Both the position numbers and the translations under genes were made by a program. The notes below the pieces were generated by a model. That model did not search any database, was not told where the DNA came from, and saw only the letters and a program-made list of their open reading frames with translations. A DNA stretch of 64,000 nt from Oceanispirochaeta sp. (lineage in GTDB: Bacteria; Spirochaetota; Spirochaetia; DSM-2461): assembly GCA_963666275.2 (NCBI GenBank), contig CAXXOA010000001.1, forward strand, positions 768,001 through 832,000, written 5' to 3'. Shown here in pieces: positions 9,309 to 18,953 of this stretch; the stretch's first letter is position 1; every line of letters begins with the position of its first letter.

Positions 9309-10493
9309 ATGTCCCATGGTCCTTCTGAACCCAGCAAAAAGAAACATGCCCTAATGAAAGATTTTCATTCCGCCCTGGAAGAGTGTCTGATGGAAGGCCT
9401 TTCTTTCAGGCAGGGACTGAACCTTTTTATACCTCTCCTGTGTCATTTTCTGGGGACGGGATGTGCCCTTATCCGGTTCACTGATGAAAAGGGTAAACAG
9501 GTCTCCCTCAAAACCAGTGATTTCAGACCTGAGTGGTCGCAGCATATTCCCGGGAATTTTCCAGAGGGCGAAGAAGCGGCTCAGATCCTTGAAATCGATC
9601 AGTCTCTCCTTATTGCTGTTTCCCTGAAAGATTCGGAGAGTTATTTCGGTCTGTGTTGTTTTGTCTTCACCCCCGGGGAGGGGAAAGGAGGAGAAAAGAC
9701 TCTGATCGCTCTTGCCGAGTATGCTTCCTCCCTGATCGGAACCGGGGCAATGATCCTGAGCCCGGAGATCCTGGAGAAAAACCGGCTGAGAAAAGCTTTA
9801 TCCCGGCAGTTCAGTCGGGGGCATATTGAAAAACTGCTTTCTGAAAAAGAACCTTTCCTGCCAGTCCGGAAAGAGGAGGCGGTGATTCTCCGCTGCGAAC
9901 TGACTTCTTTCATTCCCCTCTGTGAGCAAATCCTGAGAACTCCCCGGCGGGTTGATAAGTTTCTCACCCTCTGGACGGAGGCTCTCAGAAAAACAGTCTA
10001 CCACTACGGAGGAGTCTTTCTTCAGAGAACCGGTCCCTCTGTTCAATGCCTGTTCGGTCCCCCTTTTTTTGAATCCACCCCGGAAGATCTGGTGAACAGA
10101 GCCATTCTGGCCTCCAGGGATATCCTGGAAAGAATCCGCCTTCTGGGGGAGCAGCCTGGAATTCAGGAGAATCTTCCTCTTACGGACGCGGGGGAGGGGG
10201 TAAAGGGGGCATGTGTCATTCACTGCGGCCCAGCTGTTCTCGGATTTTTCGGTCCCTTTCATGAGTATTCCGGAGAAGGCCGTGCCATGATTCAGGCCGA
10301 AAGGCTTAAGTCCCATGCCGCCGGAGGGAGTGTTCTTATCACAGAGGCCGCTCTGTCCCATGTTCCCGGCGGTCCTCTGGGTATACAGATCTCTCCATCG
10401 GAATCTGTAGACTTCGAAGGCCCCCGGATGATCGTCACAGATGATGTGACGGAACCTATGGATTATTACCGCTGTGTTTTCAGCAGCGTGTAG
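9309..10493 (+). CDS. Degenerate class III adenylate/guanylate cyclase-domain protein
   Basis: Cyclase pattern (YGG, LFG, IHCGP, AERL, GSVLITE) with catalytic residues substituted. Confidence 0.65.
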   Translation: MSHGPSEPSKKKHALMKDFHSALEECLMEGLSFRQGLNLFIPLLCHFLGTGCALIRFTDEKGKQVSLKTSDFRPEWSQHIPGNFPEGEEAAQILEIDQSLLIAVSLKDSESYFGLCCFVFTPGEGKGGEKTLIALAEYASSLIGTGAMILSPEILEKNRLRKALSRQFSRGHIEKLLSEKEPFLPVRKEEAVILRCELTSFIPLCEQILRTPRRVDKFLTLWTEALRKTVYHYGGVFLQRTGPSVQCLFGPPFFESTPEDLVNRAILASRDILERIRLLGEQPGIQENLPLTDAGEGVKGACVIHCGPAVLGFFGPFHEYSGEGRAMIQAERLKSHAAGGSVLITEAALSHVPGGPLGIQISPSESVDFEGPRMIVTDDVTEPMDYYRCVFSSV

Positions 10494-11565
10494 ATTCTCT
10501 TTCTATAAGCTGACCATCCAGTAGAAGTTTTTTCGGAGCAGATGAGGGAGTCGCCAGGCGCATCTTCATAAGTTCCACAGCCATATGCCCGATTTCCTCC
10601 CAGTCTATACTGACAGAAGAGAGAGAAACTTTCAGATGCCTGGCGTAACGGGTATTTCCGAAACCACCGATCTGAATGTCTTCGGGAATCCTCACATCCC
10701 GGTCGAGAAATTCGGTCATGAGATCGGCTGCCAGAGAATCGGAAGTACAGAACAGGGCATCAATATTCCGGGACAGGAATAAATCAATTTCTTCCCGGTA
10801 GTTGCGTTTCTCCCTTTCCAGAACGAAACTGTCGCAGGCAAAGCCTTTCTCCTGTGCCGCATCCATAAAACCTTTGATCATCAGCGTATTCAGAACGGGA
10901 CTTTCCCTATCCCAGCAGATGGCTGGATGAGTTGCCCCGTTCTGCAGGAGAGTCCGTCCGATTCTGTATCCGATGGTAAAGCTGTCAATTCCCACAAAAT
11001 CGTGATCAGACTCATGGGGAAAAGCTGACAAATATTGATAAAGTATCTGGACAGGTATGCCTGCCTCCTGAAACAGACGGATCATCTCAAGGTACTTCTC
11101 TACGGGGATGTCAGAAGCGGGATAAAGGAAAATCCCCGCCACTTTTTGACGAATATATTTCCTGCAGAAATCGAAAGACTGCTGGATCCTTTCTTCTACA
11201 GAACCAATCAGAGCGCCAGACCATATCAGGGTATAATCCATAGATTCGCAGGATCGAGCTATCTGGGAATAGAGAGGTTCAAGCATCTCATTACGCCCGA
11301 TATCCGGGACAAGAAGGGCCATAAAGCGTTCCTGTTGTTCCTGTGGTACTTTTTTGACAAAGGTCCCCACTCCCACTTTCCGTTCTATAAGCCCCTCTTC
11401 CTGCAGGTCATTCAGAGCTTTTGCCACTGTCGGACGGGATATCCCGTACTCTTCCACAAGCATGAATTCCGTAGGGAGTTTTTCTCCCTTTCTGTACTGC
11501 CCTGTCTGGATTTTTTTTAAGAGGTCATTGTATATTATTCTGTTTTTAGACTCTTTGCTGCTCAT
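10480..11565 (-). CDS. GntR-HTH + LacI-type effector domain regulator (AraR-like)
   Basis: KLPTEFMLVEEYGISRPTV...GVGTFV; C-terminal IPEDIQIGGF. Confidence 0.9.
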   Translation of the reverse strand: MSSKESKNRIIYNDLLKKIQTGQYRKGEKLPTEFMLVEEYGISRPTVAKALNDLQEEGLIERKVGVGTFVKKVPQEQQERFMALLVPDIGRNEMLEPLYSQIARSCESMDYTLIWSGALIGSVEERIQQSFDFCRKYIRQKVAGIFLYPASDIPVEKYLEMIRLFQEAGIPVQILYQYLSAFPHESDHDFVGIDSFTIGYRIGRTLLQNGATHPAICWDRESPVLNTLMIKGFMDAAQEKGFACDSFVLEREKRNYREEIDLFLSRNIDALFCTSDSLAADLMTEFLDRDVRIPEDIQIGGFGNTRYARHLKVSLSSVSIDWEEIGHMAVELMKMRLATPSSAPKKLLLDGQLIERESTRC

Positions 11566-11639
11566 TAGCTAATATGCCTTTCTAAGTTATCAATTAATTT
11601 GACAAATGAATAGGGTCCATTTAATATTGTCACCAGCTT

Positions 11640-13160
11640 ATGGAACCTGTCCTGTCCATTTCACATATCTCCAAATCCTACGGTACTGTTAAGGTACTGG
11701 ATAACCTCTCTCTTGATTTTAGTTTAGGAGAAATCCACTCCATTGTAGGAGAAAACGGAGCAGGAAAAACCACTCTGGTCCACATTATAAGCGGTCTTGT
11801 AAAACCTGACAATGGAGAAATCCGGGTATCCGGAAGGAACTGGTCTTCCCTCTCCTATCAGACAGCTCTGAAAATGGGGATACTTATTGTCAGACAGGAT
11901 CTGGTCATGCCCGAAAGATCCTCCCTGGCGGAGTACATTTTCCTCGGCAGAGAGCCTGGGCCTCCGGGGCTGGTGGACTACAGGGAGATGGAAGCGCAGA
12001 CCAGGAATATTCTGGAAAGACTGGAACTTGATCTCTCGCCCTCTACTATCGTGGGAAAGCTGAATCTTGCTGAAAAACGGATGATAGCTATAGCCAGGGC
12101 TGTTTCCCTTTCTCCGGAAGTATTAATTCTGGATGAAGCGACCAATTTTTTTTCATCCGCAGAAGAAGACAGATTCCTACGACTGATTAAAATACTCAGA
12201 GATGAGGGAATGTGCATCATTCACATCAGTCATAAACTGGATGAGGTTCTGAAAATCTCGGACAGGATCACGATTCTGAGAGAGGGAAGGCATATCCTTT
12301 CGAGTCCTTCCCACCTTCTCAGCCGGGATGACATCATTACCAGGATGGTTGGACGGGATCATACCCATGTATATTACTGGATTCCCCACTATCCTTCGGG
12401 AGATACACTCCTGGAGGTGAACTCACTGAATCTGGGGAAGAGACTCCGGGATATCAGTTTTTCCCTGAAAGAGGGGGAGGTGCTGGGACTGGCCGGCCTG
12501 GTTGGCTCTGGAAGAACGACTCTGGGAAAGATTCTATTCGGATTAGAGAAGTCTGAGAGCGGCACTATCAGGATGAAAGGGGAAGATCTGAAGATTAACC
12601 GTCCTTATGATGCTCTGAAGGCAGGCATCGCCTATATTTCCGATGACCGCCATAAATACGGAATCCTGGAGAAACAGTCCCTCGGGTTCAACTTGACTAT
12701 AAATATCCTCAATAATATAAGCCGGTATTTCCGGGTGGTCAAAAAAAAGGAACGGTCGGCCATCTCTGATGCGATGGAAAAATTTGTCCTCAGAAAATAT
12801 AGACCCGAGCAGTTAGTGGAGACTTTAAGCGGTGGTACTCAGCAGAAGGTGGCATTTGCAAGAAGTACCGGGGAGATGCCTTCTCTTCTGATCGTGGATG
12901 AACCGACCCGGGAGATCGATATAGAAGGGCAGAAAGAGCTTTATGCAATTATAAATAATCTGGCAGCGGAAAAGGTGGGGGTTATATTGATTTCTTCCAT
13001 TCTGGGGGATCTTATTAATAACTGCGACCGTATACTGGTTCTCAAAGAGGGACGAATTGTCAGGGAATTGAGAAAAACAGAATTCAATGAAGAGATGATA
13101 ATGCATTATGCTATTGATTCCCGTCCTCAAGAGGCGGCTGGAAGGGGTTTGACTCCATGA
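11640..13160 (+). CDS. Sugar ABC ATP-binding protein (RbsA-like, two NBDs)
   Basis: GENGAGKT, LSGGTQQK, DEPT. Confidence 0.9.
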   Translation: MEPVLSISHISKSYGTVKVLDNLSLDFSLGEIHSIVGENGAGKTTLVHIISGLVKPDNGEIRVSGRNWSSLSYQTALKMGILIVRQDLVMPERSSLAEYIFLGREPGPPGLVDYREMEAQTRNILERLELDLSPSTIVGKLNLAEKRMIAIARAVSLSPEVLILDEATNFFSSAEEDRFLRLIKILRDEGMCIIHISHKLDEVLKISDRITILREGRHILSSPSHLLSRDDIITRMVGRDHTHVYYWIPHYPSGDTLLEVNSLNLGKRLRDISFSLKEGEVLGLAGLVGSGRTTLGKILFGLEKSESGTIRMKGEDLKINRPYDALKAGIAYISDDRHKYGILEKQSLGFNLTINILNNISRYFRVVKKKERSAISDAMEKFVLRKYRPEQLVETLSGGTQQKVAFARSTGEMPSLLIVDEPTREIDIEGQKELYAIINNLAAEKVGVILISSILGDLINNCDRILVLKEGRIVRELRKTEFNEEMIMHYAIDSRPQEAAGRGLTP

Positions 13161-14083
13161 GAAAAATTTTAATTTTTCAGTTCCTGTTTTTATCTGCCTG
13201 TCTCTACTGTTCCGGAGACAGTGAGTTCCGGGGAAGGACATTTGCTTCAACCTATATGACCTTGAACAATTCTTTTTTTGTGGCCCTGGACAACAGCATC
13301 AGGAACTCCTGTGAAGCAAGAGGAGACCGGCTCATATCCTATAATCCTGATTTTGACCAGGTCCGTCAGAACAATCAGATTCAGGATATGATTTCCCAGG
13401 GGGTAGACGGTATTTTTCTTAATCCTGTGGACTGGAAAGGCGTCCGACCTGCACTTGAAGAGGCGGGAAGGGCAGGAATTCCTGTATTTGTTGTGGATGC
13501 TCCTGTTTTCGATAGTGACCTTGTGGTTTCCACGATTGCCTCTGACAACTGGAAGGCCGGCCAGCTGATTGCCCTGGATCTGCTGGCCAGAAGAGACCGG
13601 GCCAGAATTGTTGTTTTGGATCATCCGACGAATAAACCCTCCATAGACCGTCTGGCAGGAATCATGGATACCCTGAAGGGGCATGAAGGGATGGAGGTCG
13701 TAGCCACATACGGAGCATTCGGAACCCTGGAGGGAGCTTATCCTCTGATGGAAAATATACTTCAGTCACGGAGCGACATTACCGTGGTTATGGGGACCAA
13801 TGATCCTACTTCGATAGGGGCTATCGGTGCAATTGAAGCGGCAAAAAAGCTGGATTCCATTCTGGTTTACAGCATTGACGGATCTCCGGAAGGGCAGGCT
13901 ATGGTCAGGCAGGAGAAGATGATGGCGACGGCTGCCCAGTCTCCCGGCAGGATTGGCTCTACTGCCGTGGATATCGCCTATAAATATCTTCAGGGAGAAG
14001 AAGTTCCGGAAGAAATCCTGATCCCGGTAACTCTTATCAATAGGGGCAATGTCCATAAGAATCCGGACAATCTCTGGCAGTAA
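13157..14083 (+). CDS. Monosaccharide ABC substrate-binding protein (RbsB-like)
   Basis: NNSFF, SDNWKAG, NDPTSIGA, SIDGS. Confidence 0.85.
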   Translation: MRKILIFQFLFLSACLYCSGDSEFRGRTFASTYMTLNNSFFVALDNSIRNSCEARGDRLISYNPDFDQVRQNNQIQDMISQGVDGIFLNPVDWKGVRPALEEAGRAGIPVFVVDAPVFDSDLVVSTIASDNWKAGQLIALDLLARRDRARIVVLDHPTNKPSIDRLAGIMDTLKGHEGMEVVATYGAFGTLEGAYPLMENILQSRSDITVVMGTNDPTSIGAIGAIEAAKKLDSILVYSIDGSPEGQAMVRQEKMMATAAQSPGRIGSTAVDIAYKYLQGEEVPEEILIPVTLINRGNVHKNPDNLWQ

Positions 14084-15098
14084 AGAATCGGGAGGTTCTG
14101 ATTTGAAAATTCTATGGCAGAATATGGCGGGAGATCCTTTTTCTCTGAGGAGTTTCAGCCGGGATATTTCTGAAACATTCCGTCGATACACCGGCCCCCT
14201 TGCCGGTCTTTTTGCGATCAGTCTGGTTATGACATTTCTGAGTCCGGCGTTTATGACAACCGGGAATATCATGAATATTCTGAGACAGGTTTCCACGAAC
14301 GGTCTTCTGGCCATGGCGATGACTTTTGTCATGATTACCGGAGGAATTGATCTTTCCGTGGGATCGGTTATGGCTGTTTCGGGAACTATTGCCGCAGGGA
14401 TGATCTCCCAGTCGGGGCTTCCGGTTCCTCTTGCGGTCATACTGGCTCTTCTGGCCGGCGGGTTTTTCGGAGCATTCAACGGAAGTATAGTGGCAGTGAC
14501 CAGTATCGCCCCTTTTATTGTTACCCTTGCAACAATGAATATCGCCCGGGGCATTGGTTATATCTATACGGGCGGTCTTCCCGTCGGTGCTGTCTCGAAG
14601 GGGTATAACTGGATAGGTCTGGGGTATCTGGGACCTGTGCCGAACCCTGTTCTCTATTTGATTTTTTTCTATTTTCTGCTGAATTTTCTTCTGAGAAGAA
14701 CGACCTTCGGCCGTCATGTCTATGCTGTAGGAGACAGTACGGATGCCGCTTTTTTTGCAGGTATCAAAGTCAACCGTGTCCGGTTCCTGGTCTATACTCT
14801 TTCCGGATTTATAACGGCTTTTGCAGGAATTGTCCTGTCATCAAGAATGTATTCGGGGCAGCCGACAGCCGGACAGGGTTTTGAACTGGATGCTGTGGCT
14901 GCCTGTGTTCTGGGGGGAGTCAGTATGTCCGGCGGATCCGGACGTCTGGCGGGAACTCTTCTGGGAGCTATGATTATAGGTGTTTTGAATAACGGGCTGA
15001 ATCTTCTGCATATCAATTCATTCTGGCAGCTTGTGGTGAAGGGCATTGTTATCCTGGTGGCTGTCTATCTGGATGATCTAAAAAAAAATAAAGCGTGA
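14049..15098 (+). CDS. Monosaccharide ABC permease (RbsC-like); true start may be ~14103-14124
   Basis: TGGIDLSVG, GRHVYAVG, ELDAVAACVLGG. Confidence 0.9.
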   Translation: MSIRIRTISGSKESGGSDLKILWQNMAGDPFSLRSFSRDISETFRRYTGPLAGLFAISLVMTFLSPAFMTTGNIMNILRQVSTNGLLAMAMTFVMITGGIDLSVGSVMAVSGTIAAGMISQSGLPVPLAVILALLAGGFFGAFNGSIVAVTSIAPFIVTLATMNIARGIGYIYTGGLPVGAVSKGYNWIGLGYLGPVPNPVLYLIFFYFLLNFLLRRTTFGRHVYAVGDSTDAAFFAGIKVNRVRFLVYTLSGFITAFAGIVLSSRMYSGQPTAGQGFELDAVAACVLGGVSMSGGSGRLAGTLLGAMIIGVLNNGLNLLHINSFWQLVVKGIVILVAVYLDDLKKNKA

Positions 15099-15125
15099 CT
15101 GGAAGGGGTTTTCGGGCCCTTCCAG
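15099..15125. terminator. Hairpin between convergent ABC operons
   Basis: ctggaaggg...cccttccag. Confidence 0.6.
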
Positions 15126-15142
15126 AATAAGATCTTATCAGA

Positions 15143-16099
15143 TCAGTGCCGCATTTTGGCTGTTCGGAACTTATCAATTATGACTGCAATTATTATAACG
15201 ATTCCACGGATAACCAGCTGCCAGAAGTAGGATATATTCATAATGGTCAATCCATTATTCAGGAAAGCGATAATAAGGGCTCCCACAAGGGTTCCGAAGA
15301 TACCGCCCAGACCACCTGTCATACTGGTACCTCCCAGAATAACTGCTGCAATGGCATCCAGTTCATAGGTTTGACCCAGGAGGCCGTTGGCACTGTATAG
15401 GCGGCTGGAAAGCATTACCCCTGCCAGTCCCGAAAGGAGACCGCTCAATCCATAGACAATCAGCATGATCTGCCAGGTTTTGATTCCGGTAAGTTTGGCG
15501 GCTTCTTCGTTTCCCCCAACCGCATAGATCCTGACTCCCGTCACAGTGCGGCGGAGAAGGTACCAGACTGCCAGTATCACCATAAGAGCAATAAGGGTCA
15601 GCCAGGGAACCGGACCGAGGTAATCATTTCCAACCCAGGCATAATTCAGATCATTATTTATGACTGTCGTTCCATTTGCCAGGAGATAGGCAGCCCCCCT
15701 GAAAGCGGTCATGCTTCCCAGGGTAACTATAAAAGGCGGGAGGCCCACAAATGAAATGAGAGCTCCATTGACAATTCCGATAACCAGTCCGAAAAGCAGA
15801 CCCATGGGGATGGCAATCGGAGCAAGTACAGGGTGCAGTGAGACCGAAATGGCAATGACAGACGATGTAGCCAGGATGGATCCTACCGAAAGATCGATTC
15901 CGCCAGTCAGAATAACTAGTGTCATTCCCGAAGCCAGTACTATGTTGATAGATGCCTGACGGAGTACATTGGTCATATTATGAGAGGAAAGAAAGTTTTC
16001 ATTCAGGAATGAGAACAAAAGAATAATAAGTATCAGAATGGGGAAAATCCCTAAATTTTTCATAGCTTTGCTGTTGTTCAGCTTATTGATAAGAGTCAT
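15143..16099 (-). CDS. Monosaccharide/polyol ABC permease (RbsC-like)
   Basis: TGGIDLSVG, YAVGGNEEAA, YELDAIAAVILGG. Confidence 0.92.
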   Translation of the reverse strand: MTLINKLNNSKAMKNLGIFPILILIILLFSFLNENFLSSHNMTNVLRQASINIVLASGMTLVILTGGIDLSVGSILATSSVIAISVSLHPVLAPIAIPMGLLFGLVIGIVNGALISFVGLPPFIVTLGSMTAFRGAAYLLANGTTVINNDLNYAWVGNDYLGPVPWLTLIALMVILAVWYLLRRTVTGVRIYAVGGNEEAAKLTGIKTWQIMLIVYGLSGLLSGLAGVMLSSRLYSANGLLGQTYELDAIAAVILGGTSMTGGLGGIFGTLVGALIIAFLNNGLTIMNISYFWQLVIRGIVIIIAVIIDKFRTAKMRH

Positions 16100-17637
16100 A
16101 CGCTCTGTCCTCCTTTGGCAAAATGGTAATCCGGCTCTTTTACTCCGGTGGCATAGGATATGATGTTTTCCTGGGTAATCTCCTTTTTGTCCGGAATTTC
16201 CCCGACTATCACCCCTTCCCGCATAATCAGAACTCTCTGGGCTATTCCCACAACCTCCGGAAGTTCACTGGAAATGAATATTACTGCCACACCCCGGGAT
16301 GCCAGTTCTCCAATGATCCTGTAAATTTCACTTTTCGCTCCCACGTCCACTCCTCTGGTGGGTTCATCTAGAATAAGAACCCGGGGATTGATAGCCAGCC
16401 ACCTGGCCAGAAGAACTTTCTGCTGGTTTCCTCCTGAAAGGGAGAGGACTTTTGTTCCGGGAGATGCGGTTTTTATATTCAGTTTGCCGATGGGATCTTT
16501 AGAGAATCTGTCATTGGCTCCTCTGGGGAGAAATCCACCTTTCCGTGATATACGGCTGAGTACATTCATGCTGATATTGTCGCTGACGCTCATATCCAGA
16601 AAGAGTCCCTGAGACTTTCTGTCTTCCGGAACATAGCCGATATTGTGATGGATTGCATCCGTGGGATTGTTTACCCTGATTTCTTCCCCGTCCAGATACA
16701 AGCTTCCCGAGACAGGTCTGTCAATTCCGAATATCATCCGTGCCAGTTCTGTTCTTCCTGCTCCCACAAGTCCGGCAATTCCCAGGATTTCTCCGGCTCC
16801 GACTTCAAAAGATATATTTTTTACCATATCGTCATCAGAAAAATCCTCAACTATGAATGTCCCTTTTCTGACATTGGTATTTACTTCGTGTTTATAAAAA
16901 TCCTCCAGAGAACGCCCGACCATCATTGATACAATTCGCGAAGGGTCTATTTCATCCTTTTCCAGGGTACCAATATACTGTCCGTCACGTAGCACACTGA
17001 CCCGGTCGGCAATACGGGCCACCTCATTCATTCTGTGGCTGATATAGATCACGGAAATCCCCTGTTTTTTCAGAGAAAGGACGACTTCGAAAAGTTTGTC
17101 GGTCTCTCTGTCGCTCAATGCAGCTGTAGGTTCATCCATTATCAGAACTTTGCTCTCATGATTCAGAGCCCGGGCGATTTCTATCTGCTGCTGTTCTGCA
17201 ATACTCAATGCTCCTGCAGAAGTGTCGGGAGAAAAAACGGCTCCGAGGGTTTTCAATATTTCAGTTGAACGTTTTTCCTGGGCTTTTCTATCTACCCGGC
17301 CTCTCCGGGACAGTTCACTTCCCATGAAAATGTTTTCTGCCACTGTCAGATTGGGGGCTATACTCAATTCCTGATATATTAGGTTGACTCCCTGGTGAAT
17401 GGCATCTAGAGGGCTGATTATGACCGCTTCTTTTCCCGAAAGCAGTATCCGGCCTTCGTCTGCTGTATAAACCCCCGCAAGAATTTTCATCAGAGTACTC
17501 TTGCCGGCTCCGTTTTCTCCCATCAGGACATGGACTTCACCTTTAAGAACTTCCAGATCTACTTTATCCAGAGCTTTTACCCCGGGAAACTCTTTGCTGA
17601 GCCCTATCATCTGCAGGGCTGTTTCGCTGTTGTTCAT
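16096..17637 (-). CDS. Sugar ABC ATP-binding protein (RbsA-like)
   Basis: GENGAGKST, LSGGNQQK, DEPTRGVDVGAK. Confidence 0.95.
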   Translation of the reverse strand: MNNSETALQMIGLSKEFPGVKALDKVDLEVLKGEVHVLMGENGAGKSTLMKILAGVYTADEGRILLSGKEAVIISPLDAIHQGVNLIYQELSIAPNLTVAENIFMGSELSRRGRVDRKAQEKRSTEILKTLGAVFSPDTSAGALSIAEQQQIEIARALNHESKVLIMDEPTAALSDRETDKLFEVVLSLKKQGISVIYISHRMNEVARIADRVSVLRDGQYIGTLEKDEIDPSRIVSMMVGRSLEDFYKHEVNTNVRKGTFIVEDFSDDDMVKNISFEVGAGEILGIAGLVGAGRTELARMIFGIDRPVSGSLYLDGEEIRVNNPTDAIHHNIGYVPEDRKSQGLFLDMSVSDNISMNVLSRISRKGGFLPRGANDRFSKDPIGKLNIKTASPGTKVLSLSGGNQQKVLLARWLAINPRVLILDEPTRGVDVGAKSEIYRIIGELASRGVAVIFISSELPEVVGIAQRVLIMREGVIVGEIPDKKEITQENIISYATGVKEPDYHFAKGGQSV

Positions 17638-17651
17638 TGTTATTACCTCAT

Positions 17652-17690
17652 AAAAAGGGCTGCCTCTTCCTCAGGAAAGAAGACAGCCCT
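17652..17690 (-). terminator. Intercistronic stem-loop after SBP gene
   Basis: Minus strand agggctgtcttc...gaggcagccctttt. Confidence 0.6.
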
Positions 17691-17705
17691 GATCGGCTGA
17701 AGGGA

Positions 17706-18674
17706 TTATTTACTTGTCCATCCCTGATAGCTGTTCACATTCTCTTTGGTAATCAGTTCCACCGGAATAAGAATCAGGTCCTCCGCAGGTTTATTTCCAC
17801 GGATTATATCCCATCCGATCTCAACAGCAGTCTGAGCCATTGTATAAGGATCCTGTGCGGGAGTCGCTTCAAAAATACTGGCACTGTCCTGAAGGACTAC
17901 CTCTGCATCAGGAGAGCCGTCAACCCCAACAATAAACATTTCATTCTGTCTTTTTGCCTGTTTAATTGCCAGTTCACATCCGATACCCGTGGGATCATTG
18001 ATGGCGAAAACGGCATCTACTTCATCAAATGCAGTCAACAGGTCAGTCATAACCCTCAAACCGCCGTCACGGCTTCCGCCGGCATTCTGATTTTCCGAAA
18101 GAATATTGATTCCCGGATTTTTGGCAAAAACCTCTTTGGCCCCGTTGACTCTGTCAAAGACCGCAGTTACGGGAGGTCCGTTTACAATGATGACATTTCC
18201 TTCTCCGCCGAGTTTGCTGACAATATACTCACCGGCCTGAACTCCCGCCTGATAGTTATTGGATGTTACTGTTGCATCAACACCACCTTCTGCTCCTACA
18301 TCTGCAGCGACCACAATAACACCGGCCTGTTTGGCCCGTCGGACTGCTGGTGCAATACCGGCGAAATCTACAGCATTAAGAACAATAATCTGAACACCGT
18401 TGGCTATGAAGTTATCAATCTGATTGACCTGTTTATTTAAATCATACTGGGCGGATTCAATATAAACTTTTACTTTTTCTCCTCCAATGGACATAGCCGC
18501 TGCCTTTGCGCCTTCTCCCATTTGATAGAAAAAGGGATTTCCGATATCACCCAGGGTTACACCAACCGCCTTAAGTTCTGCCGGTCCGTCCGCTACCGCC
18601 GCGTCTTGCTTTCCATTTGCAAATACGCTGAAAGTCATTGTTGCAATCAGGAGAATTGTTAATAATTTCTTCAC
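17706..18674 (-). CDS. ABC substrate-binding protein, resembling the ThpA/XypA (threitol/xylitol-binding) subfamily
   Basis: VGVTLGDIGNPFF, YDLNKQVNQIDNFIA, NQNAGGSRDGG, FAINDPTGIG; GTG start after SD aggagg. Confidence 0.8.
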   Translation of the reverse strand: MKKLLTILLIATMTFSVFANGKQDAAVADGPAELKAVGVTLGDIGNPFFYQMGEGAKAAAMSIGGEKVKVYIESAQYDLNKQVNQIDNFIANGVQIIVLNAVDFAGIAPAVRRAKQAGVIVVAADVGAEGGVDATVTSNNYQAGVQAGEYIVSKLGGEGNVIIVNGPPVTAVFDRVNGAKEVFAKNPGINILSENQNAGGSRDGGLRVMTDLLTAFDEVDAVFAINDPTGIGCELAIKQAKRQNEMFIVGVDGSPDAEVVLQDSASIFEATPAQDPYTMAQTAVEIGWDIIRGNKPAEDLILIPVELITKENVNSYQGWTSK

Positions 18675-18710
18675 CTGTGCCTCCTTTATATGTGATTGAT
18701 TTGTAATTTA

Positions 18711-18738
18711 ATTGTAAAATAGAATTTGCATATGTCAA
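18711..18738 (-). promoter_or_regulatory. Sigma70-type promoter
   Basis: ttgaca-16-tacaat on minus strand. Confidence 0.55.
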
Positions 18739-18913
18739 CTTATAAATTTACAAATAAGCCGGTAAATGACAAATAATCTGGAGTAAATGTAAAGTTATTG
18801 GAGCGTAACTGTCGCTGAGGAAGGAATTTGGCTATGGTCGCTCGTAAGATTCTTTTTTATGAGAAAGTAATTCTTATGATTTGTAAAATAATTGTAAAAA
18901 TTAAGGAAGGACG

Positions 18914-18947
18914 ACTTTCCGGAAACCCGAAGAGTTTCCGGAAAAGT
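18914..18947 (-). terminator. Hairpin after MATE gene
   Basis: actttccggaaac...gtttccggaaaagt. Confidence 0.55.
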
Positions 18948-18953
18948 GCCGGA

